This document shows, in pieces, positions 48,822 to 60,020 of a DNA stretch of 64,000 nt (within the stretch, counting starts at the first letter, position 1; every line of letters begins with the position of its first letter). Both the position numbers and the translations under genes were made by a program. The notes below the pieces were generated by a model, which saw only the letters and a program-made list of their open reading frames with translations, did not search any database and was not told where the DNA came from. Source of the DNA: Squalus acanthias (taxonomy: Eukaryota); contig CM059432.1 of assembly GCA_030390025.1 (NCBI GenBank), positions 86,554,001-86,618,000 of the forward strand, in the 5' to 3' direction.

Positions 48822-50401
48822 AAGAACATAAGAACACAAGAATTAGGAGCAGGAGTAGGCCATATGACCCTTTGAGCCTGCTCCACCATTCAATAAGATC
48901 ATGGCTGATCTTCGACCTCAACTCCACTTTCCCACCCGATCCCCATATCCCTTGATTCCCCTAGAGTCCAAGAATCTATCTATCTCAGCCTTGAATATAC
49001 TGAACGACTCAGCATCCACAGCCCTTTGGGGTAGAGAATTCCAAAGATTCACAACCCTCTGAGTGAAGAAATTCCTCCTCATCTCAGTCTTAAATGGCTG
49101 ACCCCTTATCCTGAAACTATGCCTCCTAGTTCTAGACTCTCCAGCCAGGGAAAACAACCTCTCAGCATCTACCCTGTCAACCCCCCTCAGAATCTTACAT
49201 GTTTCAATGAGATCACCTCTCATTCTTCTAAACTCCAGAGAGTACAGGCCCAAATTACTCAATCTCTCCTTACAGGACAACCCTCTCATCCCAGAGATCG
49301 ATCTACAACAACAACTTGTATTACAGGTATATAGCAACTTTAACATAGTAAAATGTCCCAAGGCACTTCACAAGAGTGTTAAGACAAAAAATTGACACCG
49401 AGCCACATAAGAAATCAGGGCAGATGACCAAAAGCTTGGTCAAAGAGGTAGGTTTTAAGAGCGTATTAAAGGAGGATAGAGAGGTGGAGAGGTTTAGGAA
49501 GGGAGTTCCAGAGCTTAGGGCCTAGGCAGCTGAAGGCACGACCACCGATGGTTGAGCGATTATAATCAGGGATGCTCAAGAGGGCAGAATTTGAGGAGCG
49601 CAAATATCTCGGGCGGGTTGTGGGGCTGAAGGAGAGATAGGGAGGGGCGAGGCCATGGAGGGATTTGAAAACAAGGATGAGAATTTTGAAATCGAGGCGT
49701 TGCTTAACCGGGAGCCAATGTAGGCCAGCGAGCACAAGGGTGATGGGTGAACGGGATATGGGCAGCCAAGTTTTGGATGACCTCAAGTTTACGTAGGGCA
49801 GAATGTGGGAGGCCAGCCAGGAGCCGCTTTGGAATAGTCAAGTCTAGAGGTAACAAAGGCATGGATGAGGGTTTTTAGCAGCAGATGAGCTGAGGCAGGG
49901 GTGGAGACGGGCGATGTTACGGAGGTGGAAATAGGCGGTCTTAGTTATGCCATGGATGTGTGGTCGGAAGCTCATTTCAGGGTCAAATATGACACCAAGG
50001 TTGCGAACAGTGTCGTTCAGCCTCAGATAGCTGCTAGGGAGAGGGAAGGAGTCGGTGGCTAGGTAACGGAATTTGTGGTGGGGACCGAAGACAATGGCTT
50101 CGGTCTTCCCAATATTTAACTGGAAAAAATTTCTGCTCATCCAGTACTGGATGTCGGACAAGCAGTGTGTCAATTTAGAGACTGTGGAGGGGTCGAGAGA
50201 AGTGGTGGTGAGGTAGAGCTGGGTGTCATCAGCGTACATGTGGAAACTGACGCTGTGTTTTCAGATGATGTCGCCAAGGGGCAGCATATAGATGAGAAAT
50301 AGGAATCTAGTGAACCTTCGTTGCACCGCCTTCTGAGGCATGTATGTCCTTTTTCAGATAAGGAGACCAAAACTGTGCACAGTACTCCAGGTGTGGTCTC
50401 A
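48822..50401 (-). mobile_element. CR1 3' fragment inserted in the Penelope tail
   Basis: The tail aagaacataagaac is at 48822. It encodes LGLYSLEFRRMRGDLIET..FFTQRVVNLWNSLP and resumes at about 50305-50401. Confidence 0.9.
49306..50304 (-). mobile_element. L2 3' portion inserted in CR1
   Basis: MYADDTQLY, LNIGKTEAIVFG and LHWLPVKQR, with TSD atcta (49301-49305 and 50305-50309). Confidence 0.9.
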
Positions 50402-50639
50402 CCAGCATCCACAGTATTTTGCTTTTATAGAAGTAATGGGCTCAGGTCCAGAATGGCACCAGAAATGCACATGGTAATTCAGGTTACATGGGCATGGCAG
50501 AGACAAGTCCGGGTTGTAAACAGAAAACAGGAAGGAGACGGTATGAAATGGTCCAAAGTTAAAGTCTGAGGCCCTGTGTTGGAATGTCAACTTAACAGCG
50601 TGGAATCAGCTCTGCGGTCACCACATAGCCCTGTATTTT

Positions 50640-51440
50640 CTTTTGCTTCAAATATTTATCCAATTTTTGCTTCAAAAATGCAATGGTCTCTACTTCAATC
50701 ACTCCCTGCAGCAAACGTTCCATGTTGCAACAACCATTTGTGTAAAGTAATTTCTATTAATGACAATTTTAAATTGATAATCCCTCATTTCCTCTCCAAC
50801 AAATGGAAATTTCTATTCACTAAGAAAACTTCTTATAGTTTTAAAAATCTTGATTAATTCTTTTCTTAATCTTCTCTGTTCCAGTGGGAATAGTCCCAGT
50901 ACCTCAAGTGTCTCCTCATAACTATAGTTTCCCATCTGGTGAATCGATGCTATATGTCCTTTCTATAATGGGGTGCGCAAAACAGTACATAGTGCTCCAA
51001 CTGTAGTCTAATCAATGCTTTATACACAATTATCATTACTTCTTTACTCTTGTACTCTATGTCCCTATTTACATACAATACCCCAAAATTGTTGGTCTTT
51101 TTAATGGCATTATCAACCTGCAATCTCACTTTTTGTGAATTATCTATTTGAACCCCTAGGTCTCTGTTCATCTAACCCTTCAGTGTTTTTCAATTGAGTG
51201 CATACACGCATTCCTTTTCCTCTTAAAATGTATTACCTCACACTTATCCACATTAAATTGCATCTGCCACTTGTCTGTCCATTCTGTTAACCTAAGTGTT
51301 CCTGAAGTCTTTTACAGTCCTCCTCACTGTTTGCCCCCTACTTTTGTGCAAATTTCGAGATCGTGTTTCCTATATCCATCTATATATACTGAGAACAAAA
51401 GCGAACCCAGTAATGACTCCTTCAAACCTTTCTCCCATAT
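50640..51440 (-). mobile_element. Old CR1 fragment
   Basis: DLGVQID..IEYKSKEVM..YKALIRLQLEHYV. Confidence 0.75.
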
Positions 51441-51464
51441 GAGGAAGACCCATTCACCCTCATG

Positions 51465-52310
51465 CAAAAGCAAAATACTGCAAAATGCTGGAAATCTGAA
51501 ATAAAAACAGAAAATGCTGGAAATACTCAGCAGGTCAGGCAGCATCTGTGAAGAGAGGAAACAGAGTTAATGGCCCATATTTTCTGCTGCCTACGGGTGT
51601 GTACGAGGTGTGTACACACCCGTAGGGACATCGGAAATGCCGGTTTCAGAATCCTCTTGACAGATCGGACGCCTGCCCTGGAGAAGGGCCTCTGCGGGTG
51701 GAGAGTTCCGCTTTCTGCACAACCTCCGCCCGCTGAAATCACTTAAAAATCTTACGCCTGGTAAAAGCAGGCGTAAGGCCTGCTTTTACCAGCATAAGAG
51801 TTTCAAAAAAAAAAAAAAAATTTCACTCATTTATAATTTAAAAATACTTTTTAAAAAGGTAAGTTTATATTTAGCCCCGTAAAAAACTTAAATTATTTTT
51901 TTCAAAAAATTAAATTTTTATTTAAAATATTTTATTTAATGTCATTTTAACTCTTTTTAAAAACGTGATGGTTTTTTAATAATGTATTTAATGTTTTAGT
52001 GTCTTTTTTCAGTGATCCCCATTCATATATTTGACAGGTCTATCTGTCAAAAGTATGAAGGGGGATTCCCTTCTTTCATTGGCTCGCCTGACTCACATGA
52101 TCCCAGGGACGCTTGCGAACCGCATGCGCCCCGGGATACGTGGGCCCTACGCATTTCGACTGTGGAGAGGCCCAGGATCGGAAGTGTCCGGACCTCGGGA
52201 GCCCTCAGGTAAGGGCGTAAATTTTTTCCCGATAGGAGGCATCTGCACGCGGGAAGCTTCCTATTGGAAATTACGGGCCAATGTTTCAGGTCAATGACCT
52301 GAAACGTTAA
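51465..52310. mobile_element. Penelope terminal-repeat fragment split by a Harbinger-type MITE (51572-52280)
   Basis: The Penelope tail gcaaaatactg...aaacagagttaat resumes as aatgtttcaggtcaatgacctgaaacgttaa. The insert has TIRs ggcccatattt / aaattacgggcc and TSD aat/aat. Confidence 0.8.
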
Positions 52311-52535
52311 GCTCTGGAATTCCCTCCCTAAACCTCTCCGCCTCTCTACCTCTCCCTCCTTGTTTAAGATGCTCCTTAAAACCTACCTCTTTGACCAAGG
52401 TTTTGTCATCTGTCATCTCCTTATGTGGCTCAGCATCAAATTTTGTTTGATAACGCTCCTGTAAACGCCTTGGGGTGTTTTACTACCTTAAAGGCACTAT
52501 ATAAATGCAAGTTATTAATGCTGTTGTTGTTGCTG
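52311..52535 (+). mobile_element. L2 3' tail
   Basis: gctctggaattccctccctaaacc...tataaatgcaagtt. Confidence 0.8.
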
Positions 52536-54571
52536 TTGAGAGATACATTATCAAGCACCTTCTGAAAGTCCATATTCACTCCATCTATTACATTCCCTTT
52601 ACTTATCCAACTCGACCTTCTTAAAAACAAATTTGTACAGTGGGAAATAATAAAGTATATTTGGATCTCAAAAGTAGGATCAAAGGCCAGGGCAAATATT
52701 TTCTGGTGATATCATTGAGGTGAATTGTAGAGGATTTCTGGGCTCTTCATTTAGAATCTTTCTTAAGCACACTGAAATCATTAGCATAAGACAAGAGAAT
52801 GTGATTCAGAGGATGTGCTGCAAAAATAATATGTGTGTGGATTTGGCATCAACCCAACATAGGAAGATCAGAAACAACTCACATGTGACAAGACTGTTGT
52901 GAACTGAGCACTCAGATTCTGAGTGGGTCGAATCCATGGTTGGGCCCATGATAATCGTGGAGGGCACAGTGAGGCATTGGAGTGTCTCATATACTTAATG
53001 CAATTGTTGTAATGGCATCTGAAGAAGCAATCTTATGATTGTGCCTCATCCATCAGAAATTCAGGCACATCAGCAATGTTTATTTGGACCAAAAAATCAT
53101 GGCCGGCAGATGTCCAAATTTCTGATATGCGCTCAGGTACAGCATGAGCCAGCTGCACAGTAAAGCTCCCTTTATTCTTAACAAACAAGATACATCAACC
53201 TCAGAAGAGCACTTTCTACTGCACCATGTAAATTCTTCCACTTTTGACACCAGCCATCTTTGTTGCTTCTCAAAGTGAGATTACTAGTTTATACTATTTC
53301 ATGCAGCAGGCCCATGCCCACAGGTAATGAGCTTGAGACTACCGAAACTTACAGGTAAAAGACAGAGGTGACTTCATCTCATCAATTTGGGCTTCATTCA
53401 AACACATCTCAAAATGAAACTAAAGTGAGCTAACCTACTGTGACCTTGGGCCATTAGCAATTATTAATGTGGTAATGAATAGTCTACTCTGTTCTATGCA
53501 TGCCTTCTCATTCATTATTGGCTGAATCCATACAAACACACATCTAATTTTTGGGCCCCTGATACTCAAGTGACTTTATCCAAATAGCTATAGAGACTAG
53601 AAAGTTGCAGGTTCGATTCCTGGTCGGTGCTGAGTTATTCGATCTCAGCTGCGTCCTTGGTAGGTTCACTACTATTGGCCTCAGCTACTATTCACTACTA
53701 TTGGGTCAGAGAAGGGAAAATCAGCCATAATTCTAGCAACTATCCAGTGACCACTGCTGTAAGTGTACATGTATGAACATCCAATGAAGACAGAATTGAG
53801 CTTGGCTATGGCTCACCAATGAATAATGACCACCAATTGAACTATACCCTAGTAAGAAAGCAATGCTTAAAGGAGAGAAGGGAAGGGAATAAAATTAATG
53901 AGCAAATAAAATTTCTGATTTGGTTGGAATACAAGAAAAGGACTGACATATACAGAGATCCTAAAAAATTGAAAGTTGTAGTTGATGCAGCCCAATTAGT
54001 GGTATACCTTTCACTGACTAAATAAATATGTAGAGTGGATATGATTGAGGTCTTTATAACAAAGAAAGGAATAGATTCTGTTCAGATGGTTAGATTATTT
54101 AAGTTAGATAAAGAGGGGAGGAATGGGGACATCAATACAAAATACAAAAACATTGATTTAGGTTAGACACCAGGAAGTAGTTCGTTTAGCAGAGAGTCAT
54201 CATCCTGTGGAATAGATTGACAGAACATGTGACAAGTTTGGATTTGTTATATGCCTTCAAAAAGTAGCTGCACAAGTTTGGGGGTCTAAGGATTTTCCAT
54301 TTTTTTTTTGCCTCTCCCAGGGGATTGCATGACTGGGGGTTGCATGATGGTGCATTTAGGCTGCACCATATCTGAATGGGCCAAGTTGGATCACTCTTTT
54401 TCATACATATGTAAAAGCTACAAGATCTCTTTAATATGGTCTGTGTTTTCACAAAACTGAATAAAACCACCACTGAGGTTGTAGAGTATATTTTTGACAA
54501 TTCTAATGATAAATTATCATGTTTATTAATTCTGTAAACCAAGAAGCATCTGGACTGATATTTCTACATAC

Positions 54572-54709
54572 CTGCATTACAAACTCCCTGCGACGGGGCA
54601 GGCCTTTTTCAGATAACAGAAGATATTCTGGTTCTTTCTCCTTCTTTGCCTGCTGTATCTGGGCCAGTCGACTGATGGGGTTCATACCCTGGCCATATTC
54701 TGGACCAGT
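54572..54709 (-). CDS. stau2: Staufen homolog 2 coding exon (N-terminal half of dsRBD4)
   Basis: The 138-nt exon is bounded by ttctgttacag| and CAG|gtatgt. It encodes [46 protein letters not shown], in phase with the previous exon. Confidence 0.96.
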
Positions 54710-55274
54710 CTGTAACAGAAAAACGTCATAAATGGAAGATACACAATTACGTGTACAGGCGTTTGGTGGAGAGAGGCGAGTTGGATACACAATTCATTTC
54801 AGGAGTGACTTACAGTTTTCCTAATGCCTCAGTTGTTAATAAAAATCAGAAGTTCCCACTTTGATTCCTGGGCTGCAATGGGTTAGCTAATCTCATACGG
54901 GGTTGCAAAATGGGTGATAACATTGACCCCACAACCCGTGAGTTAGGGAGAACAAAAATTAGCCATTCTTGTTCGGTATCCAGTGATACCTGCCTTCAGT
55001 TAACAAAGTCACAGCTCTGGGCAGAAAAACATGAAGTTCAAGCCCAAGCTTTTCGGAGAGGCTGAAGTTTGCAAGTAAAAACTTTAATGAAGGCAATAAA
55101 AGACGTAAATGACAATTCAATAGATAAATATAATCATGTTATTCTGAAATATGGAATTATTAGATTTTTTACTTTAACACTATATTTTGAATATTAGAAA
55201 TTTCAGTTGTAGAGAAAAAATTGGAAGTAGAATTTTTTTTGGAAAGCATTTTTAATGATTCACTACAGGTTCTA

Positions 55275-56045
55275 GCTGTACACCGACGACATCCAGCTGT
55301 ACCTCACCACCACCTCTCTTGACTCCTTTACTACTTTTGTTTTGTCAGCTTGTCTGAAATTAAATCCTGAAATAGCTGCAAGTTCTTCAGTTAAACATTG
55401 GGAAGACTGAAGCTACCATCTTCAGCCCCTGTCACAAACACTGTACCTGTGGCACTAATTCCATCCCCTTCCTCTTCCACTGTCTCAGGGTCGAACCAGA
55501 CTGTTCACAAACTCGGCATTCTTTCTGAATCTGAACTGAGCTGCCAACCCCATATCCTCTCCACCATCCTCCACCCTCCATAAACTTCAGTGCATCCAAA
55601 GTTCTGTTGCCCGTATCCTAACCCTCACCAAGTCCAGCTCACCAATCACCCCTGTGCTCATTGACCTACAATGGCTCCCAGTCCCCCAATACCTCCAGTT
55701 TTAAATTCTCATCCTCGTGTTCATGCCTTGCCCCTCAATATCTCTGTAACCTCCTCCAGCCCTTCATCTCTCTGAGAACTCTATGTCCTACAGTTCTGGC
55801 CTCTTGTACATCCCCCATTCCATTCAGCCATCCAGACACTAAGCTCTGGAATTTTTTCCCTAAATCTCTTCGCCTCTCCACCTCTTTTAAGACCCGCCTT
55901 AAAACCTACCTTTTTGACAAAGTTTTTAGACACCCCTTCTAATATCTTTTTTGACTCAGTGTCAATCTTTGGCTGCATATGCTTCTGTGAAATGCCTTGG
56001 TTCATTTTTCTATGTTAAAGGTGCAATATAATTGCAAATTGCTGT
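55275..56045 (+). mobile_element. L2 3' fragment (old)
   Basis: A YTDDIQLY remnant, an LNIGKTE remnant and the L2 tail. Confidence 0.8.
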
Positions 56046-56057
56046 TGATGCTGCAAA

Positions 56058-56237
56058 CGCCCCTGCTCTTCTTCGAATAGTACCGTGGGATCTTTATGTC
56101 CACCTGAACAGGCTGTTTAAATCTCTCAATGCCGCATTCCTTCAGCTTGCATTATATACTCAAGTCCCTAGAGTGGAGCTTGAACCCTCACTTTCTGACT
56201 CAGTGCTAAGAATGCTGCTCCTGTGCCAAGCTGGCAC
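56058..56237 (-). mobile_element. DeuSINE-like (SacSINE1-type) fragment
   Basis: The minus strand has a tRNA-like head (gggttcaagctcc) and a Deu-domain-like caggtggacataaagatcccacggtactattcgaagaagagcaggg. Assignment is from memory of the consensus. Confidence 0.55.
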
Positions 56238-56375
56238 TTGATATTTAGTCGATCTCCTGTGGCATTGCACACAGAGTCAAGACCAGTGTAGTCTTCCAGT
56301 GAAGTGGGGCTAAAGTGTGGGGGATAATTGAACTAGGGTGCACAGATATAATTAAGTCCACCTTTTAAAGTCATA

Positions 56376-56995
56376 GGGGGAAAAATTCGGTTGCTTTGCG
56401 CCTCCCGTTAGCGCCCTAAGAGGGCGCTAACAGGGCGCAAAGCAACTAGCACTTGGGCACGGCGCCGCCAATGCCTCCCGTGAAATTCAGCAGGAGGTTA
56501 GTGGCGGCGGTAACCGTTAGCACCCCGCGGCGCTGCGCCGCCAGCGATGACGTCATTGCCATGCGCAGCACCCCGCTCGTGATCTTCGGTAGCGCCCCTG
56601 ACTTACCGTCGGAAGCTATGTCCGACGGGGTCAGGGGGGCCTACCTGTGGCCAGGGCCGGCGCTATTTAAAGGCGAGGTGCTGGGCGGCCATTTTTGTTG
56701 CTGGCCGCCTGCCAGCACCTGCCTCCGCTGCCGTCCCCGGCCTCCTGACCCGCCCCCCCGCGGAGTGCTGGTTGCGCTCCATGAGCCCGGCACTTCTTTC
56801 GAGTGCCGGGCTCTTTTGCCGGTATTCCGTTCCCTGGTGGCCCAGCTGGGCCCCTCCTCTTTAAGAAGGGGAGGAAGGCCTGCAATACCGCGGTGCGACG
56901 TGCCGCAGCGCTGAATTTCGGCCGCGGGGGCGCTAATTTTTCCGGGGCGCTGCAAAGTTAGCACCCCAAAGGGGGCGCAATTCAATTTCTCCCCC
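56376..56995. mobile_element. Young, CpG-rich Harbinger-type MITE
   Basis: TIRs gggggaaaaatt / aatttctccccc and TSD ata/ata. Confidence 0.85.
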
Positions 56996-57049
56996 ATACA
57001 TTTTGCTTTATTTTTCTATACTTTGATTTTATATTATTATGGGGCTGTT

Positions 57050-57432
57050 TTCATTACAACAGACGAGATTACCAGGTGATTTGATTGAGATGTTTAAGAT
57101 TATGAAGGGATGGGACAGAGTAGATAGAAACAGACTGTTTCCAGTGATTGAGTGATCTAGAAGGAGGGAACATAGATAAAATACTAAACATAAGAAATTT
57201 AGGACACAGAGCAGGAGAAACCTTTTTACACGCAAGGTTGTGAGGCTGTGGAATGCACTACCAGAGTTAGCGATTGAAGCAGTGAGCATGTTAACTTTTA
57301 AGAATAGGTTAAGTAGGTGGTTGAAGTGTACATGGGCTTAGGACTACTGCTCGTGTTGAGGATAAATATTCAACACAGACTGTTTGAGCCAAATGTTTCT
57401 ATGTTGTAATTCCTATATATGTAATTCTATAT
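57050..57432 (+). mobile_element. CR1 3' fragment
   Basis: ggtgatttgattgagatgtttaagattatgaaggg...ctgtggaatgcactacc. Confidence 0.8.
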
Positions 57433-57525
57433 AATTTATAGTTAAACAGGAAAACTTACTCCAATTTGAGAAGCAGAGAAGTAGAGTTGGTTGGAGCATT
57501 AGCGTTTCTTTGCTGTAAATACTAA

Positions 57526-59192
57526 TAAGAACATAGGAACAGGAGTAGGCCATTCAGCCCCTTGAGCCTGTTCCGCCATTCAATGAGACCATGGCTGATC
57601 TGCGACCTAACTCCATATACCCTGCCTTTGGCCCATATTCTTTAACACCTTTGGTTAACAAAAAGCTATCAATCTCAGATTTAAAATTAATTGATCGAGC
57701 AACAATTGCCGTTTGCGGAAGAGAGTTCCAAACTTCTACCACCCTTTGTGTGTAGCAGTGTTTCCTAATTTCACTCCTGAAAGGTCTGGCTCTAATTTTT
57801 AGACTATGCCCCCTAGTCCTAGACTCCCCAACCAGCGGAAATAGTTTCTCTCTATCTACCCTCTCAGTTCCCCTTAATATCCTGAAAACTTCGATCAGAT
57901 CACCCCTTAACCTTCTAAATTCTAGGGAATACAACTCTAATTTGTGTAATCTCTCCTCGTAACTTAACCCTTGAAGTCCGGGTATCATTCTGGTAAACCT
58001 ACACTGCACTCCCTCCAAGGCCAATATATCCTTCCTAAGGTGTGGTGCCCAGAACTGCTCACAGTACTCCAGGTGTGGTCTAACCAGGGTTTTGTGCAGC
58101 TGCAGCATAACTTCTGCCCCCTTGTACTCTAGTCCTCTAGATGTAAAGGTCAGCATTCCATTAGCCTTTCTGATTATTTTCTGTACCTGTTCATGATATT
58201 TTAATGATCTATGTACCTGGACTCCCAAGTCTCTTTGGACATCCACTGTTTTTAGCTTTTCACCATTTAGAAAGTATCCTGTTCTATCCTTTTTAGGTCC
58301 AATGTGGATGACCTCAATTTTCCTACATTGAAATCCATTTGCCACAGTTTTGCCCATTCACTTAATCTATCAATATCAATTTGTAATTTTATGCTTTCAT
58401 CTACACTGCCTACAATGCTGCCTGTCTTTGTGTCATCAGCAAATTTGGATATACGACTTTCTATGCCATCATCTAAGTCATTAATAAATACGATGAATAG
58501 TTGAGGCTCCAACACAGATCCCTGCGGGACATCACTAGTCACATCCTGCCAATTTGAGTCCCTACCCATTATCCTTACTCTTTGTCTCCTGCCGCTCAGT
58601 CAATTTCCTAACCAGGTCAATAATTTGCCCTCAATTCCGTGGGCTTCTACCTTAGATAATGGGCAACACGGTGGCATAGTGGTTAGCACTGGTGCCTCAC
58701 AGCGCCAGAGACCCGGGTTCAAATCTGACCTCGGGTGACTGTCTGTGTGGAGTTTGCACATTCTCCCCGTGTCTGCGTGGGTTTCCTCCGGGTGCTCCGG
58801 TTTCCTCCCACTGTCCAAAAATGTGCGGGTTAGGTTGATTTGGCTATGATAAATTGACCCTTAGTGTTAGGGGGGGATTAAATATGTGGGGTTATGGGGA
58901 TAGGATGGGATATGTTAGGGGGAATTAAATACGTGGGGTTACGGGGGTCGGGTGGGATATGTGTACTGTGGGGATTAAAGCAGGGACAGGGTACTGGATT
59001 TGAATGATCAGCCATGATCGTATTGAATGGTGGTGCAGGCTCGACGGGCCGAATGGCCTACTCCTGCTCCTAGATTCTATGTTTCTATGTTTCTATAATA
59101 GTCTCTTATTTGGGACTTTATCAAATGCCTTCTGGAAGTCCATATAAATAACATCCATAGACATTCCCCTGTCCACTACTTTAGTCACCTCC
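57526..59192 (-). mobile_element. CR1 LINE 3' part, interrupted by a V-SINE
   Basis: VPQGSVLEPQLFIVFINDL, SKFADDTK and RPHLEYCEQFWAPHLRKDI, with the tail near 57526. Confidence 0.92.
58661..59097 (+). mobile_element. tRNA-derived V-SINE (HE1-like), copy 2
   Basis: Same head and V-domain as the copy at 31526, with a (tttctatg)n tail and a short ataat duplication in the flanks. Confidence 0.9.
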
Positions 59193-59194
59193 TT

Positions 59195-59772
59195 ATGCCG
59201 ATGCTGCAGTGACGTCAACAAGCTGTCTATCAACAATCACATTGAAGAAATCTCACAGACAGGAATCCAGGAAATGAGAAGTTTCTTTTATCTGGACTTT
59301 CCAAAAATGTTACAGAGAACGAAATAAAGATTGGGACTTTCACATGGGGATAAGGTAGAAGCTGAAACATTATGAACAAACTTAAAAAAATGTTTTTCTA
59401 AGTTTTAAAAAATTGTAATTTTTACCATAATGGAGAAATTTGACACTCCACAAATATAAAAATTAGTTTTTCAAGGCCAGAACATTTGTTTACCAATCAA
59501 TACGCTGTTAAAACCGCAGTTACACCTATTCAAACATGGCTTAACATCTAATGGGGTATTTAACAGTGATAGTACCATAGAAAAGCCCAACTGTTTGTCA
59601 GTTTCACTGATTACCGGCTATGGGGGGAGGTCCACAGCGCAGCCAGTGTTGGAGCAGTGAATGACTGATCGCAACTTCAGGATTTCCGCGTTTAGACGCG
59701 CATGCGCTAAATCCTGAAGTTGCGGTCAGTTTCAGAGGGGTAATGACGGCGAACGCTGACAAATTCCGGGCC
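59195..59772. mobile_element. Truncated Harbinger-type MITE adjacent to a stau2 exon
   Basis: The right terminus aaattccgggcc resembles the other MITE ends in the window. The left end was not found. Confidence 0.55.
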
Positions 59773-59807
59773 ATAATTTACTGTAGCTCTAGCAATGATG
59801 CACTTAC

Positions 59808-60020
59808 CTTCAGTATAGATTTGGGACGCTTTTTATAATGAGTTTTAGGTTTCTCTATCACTGGGAGGGGAGGAAGTTTCTTCAGCTCTTGGAGAACAGT
59901 TATTGCCGCTCGTTTTTTGGAAAGTTTTTTACTGTTTCCTTCTCCTTCTGCTGTAAACTCTCCAACTGCAACACGGGTAACAAAGCTCTTCATGTGAGGG
60001 GGACCACTTTCTCTAGTTAC
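59808..60020 (-). CDS. stau2: Staufen homolog 2 coding exon (C-terminal part of dsRBD3 plus basic linker)
   Basis: The 213-nt exon is bounded by ggtgacag| and AAG|gtaagt. It translates to [71 protein letters not shown] (71 aa, phase 0-0). [19 protein letters not shown] and KKRPK match STAU2 rather than STAU1 as I recall them. Confidence 0.96.

Larger units (their letters stand above)
47756..50426 (+). mobile_element. 5'-truncated Penelope-like element (body 47756-48821, tail 50402-50426) with nested insertions
   Basis: FFLNQGFPSTVV, a Cys-rich linker CKSRRCNTC, a GIY-YIG remnant VYCIHCSRCG and ACHFNS..RKLEGQHLIFQLGTLQPSGLN. It has a 16-bp TSD atagaagtaatgggct (47740-47755 and 50427-50442). 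Confidence 0.9.

Noticed and set aside
56376..56995. Apparent CpG island or internal promoter, with ORFs of 153 and 118 aa
   Set aside because: It is bounded exactly by TIRs and an ata TSD, so it is a young MITE.
18940..60020. Assignment as stau1 because of RKVTF
   Set aside because: Most diagnostic residues ([39 protein letters not shown]) and the exon lengths fit stau2.
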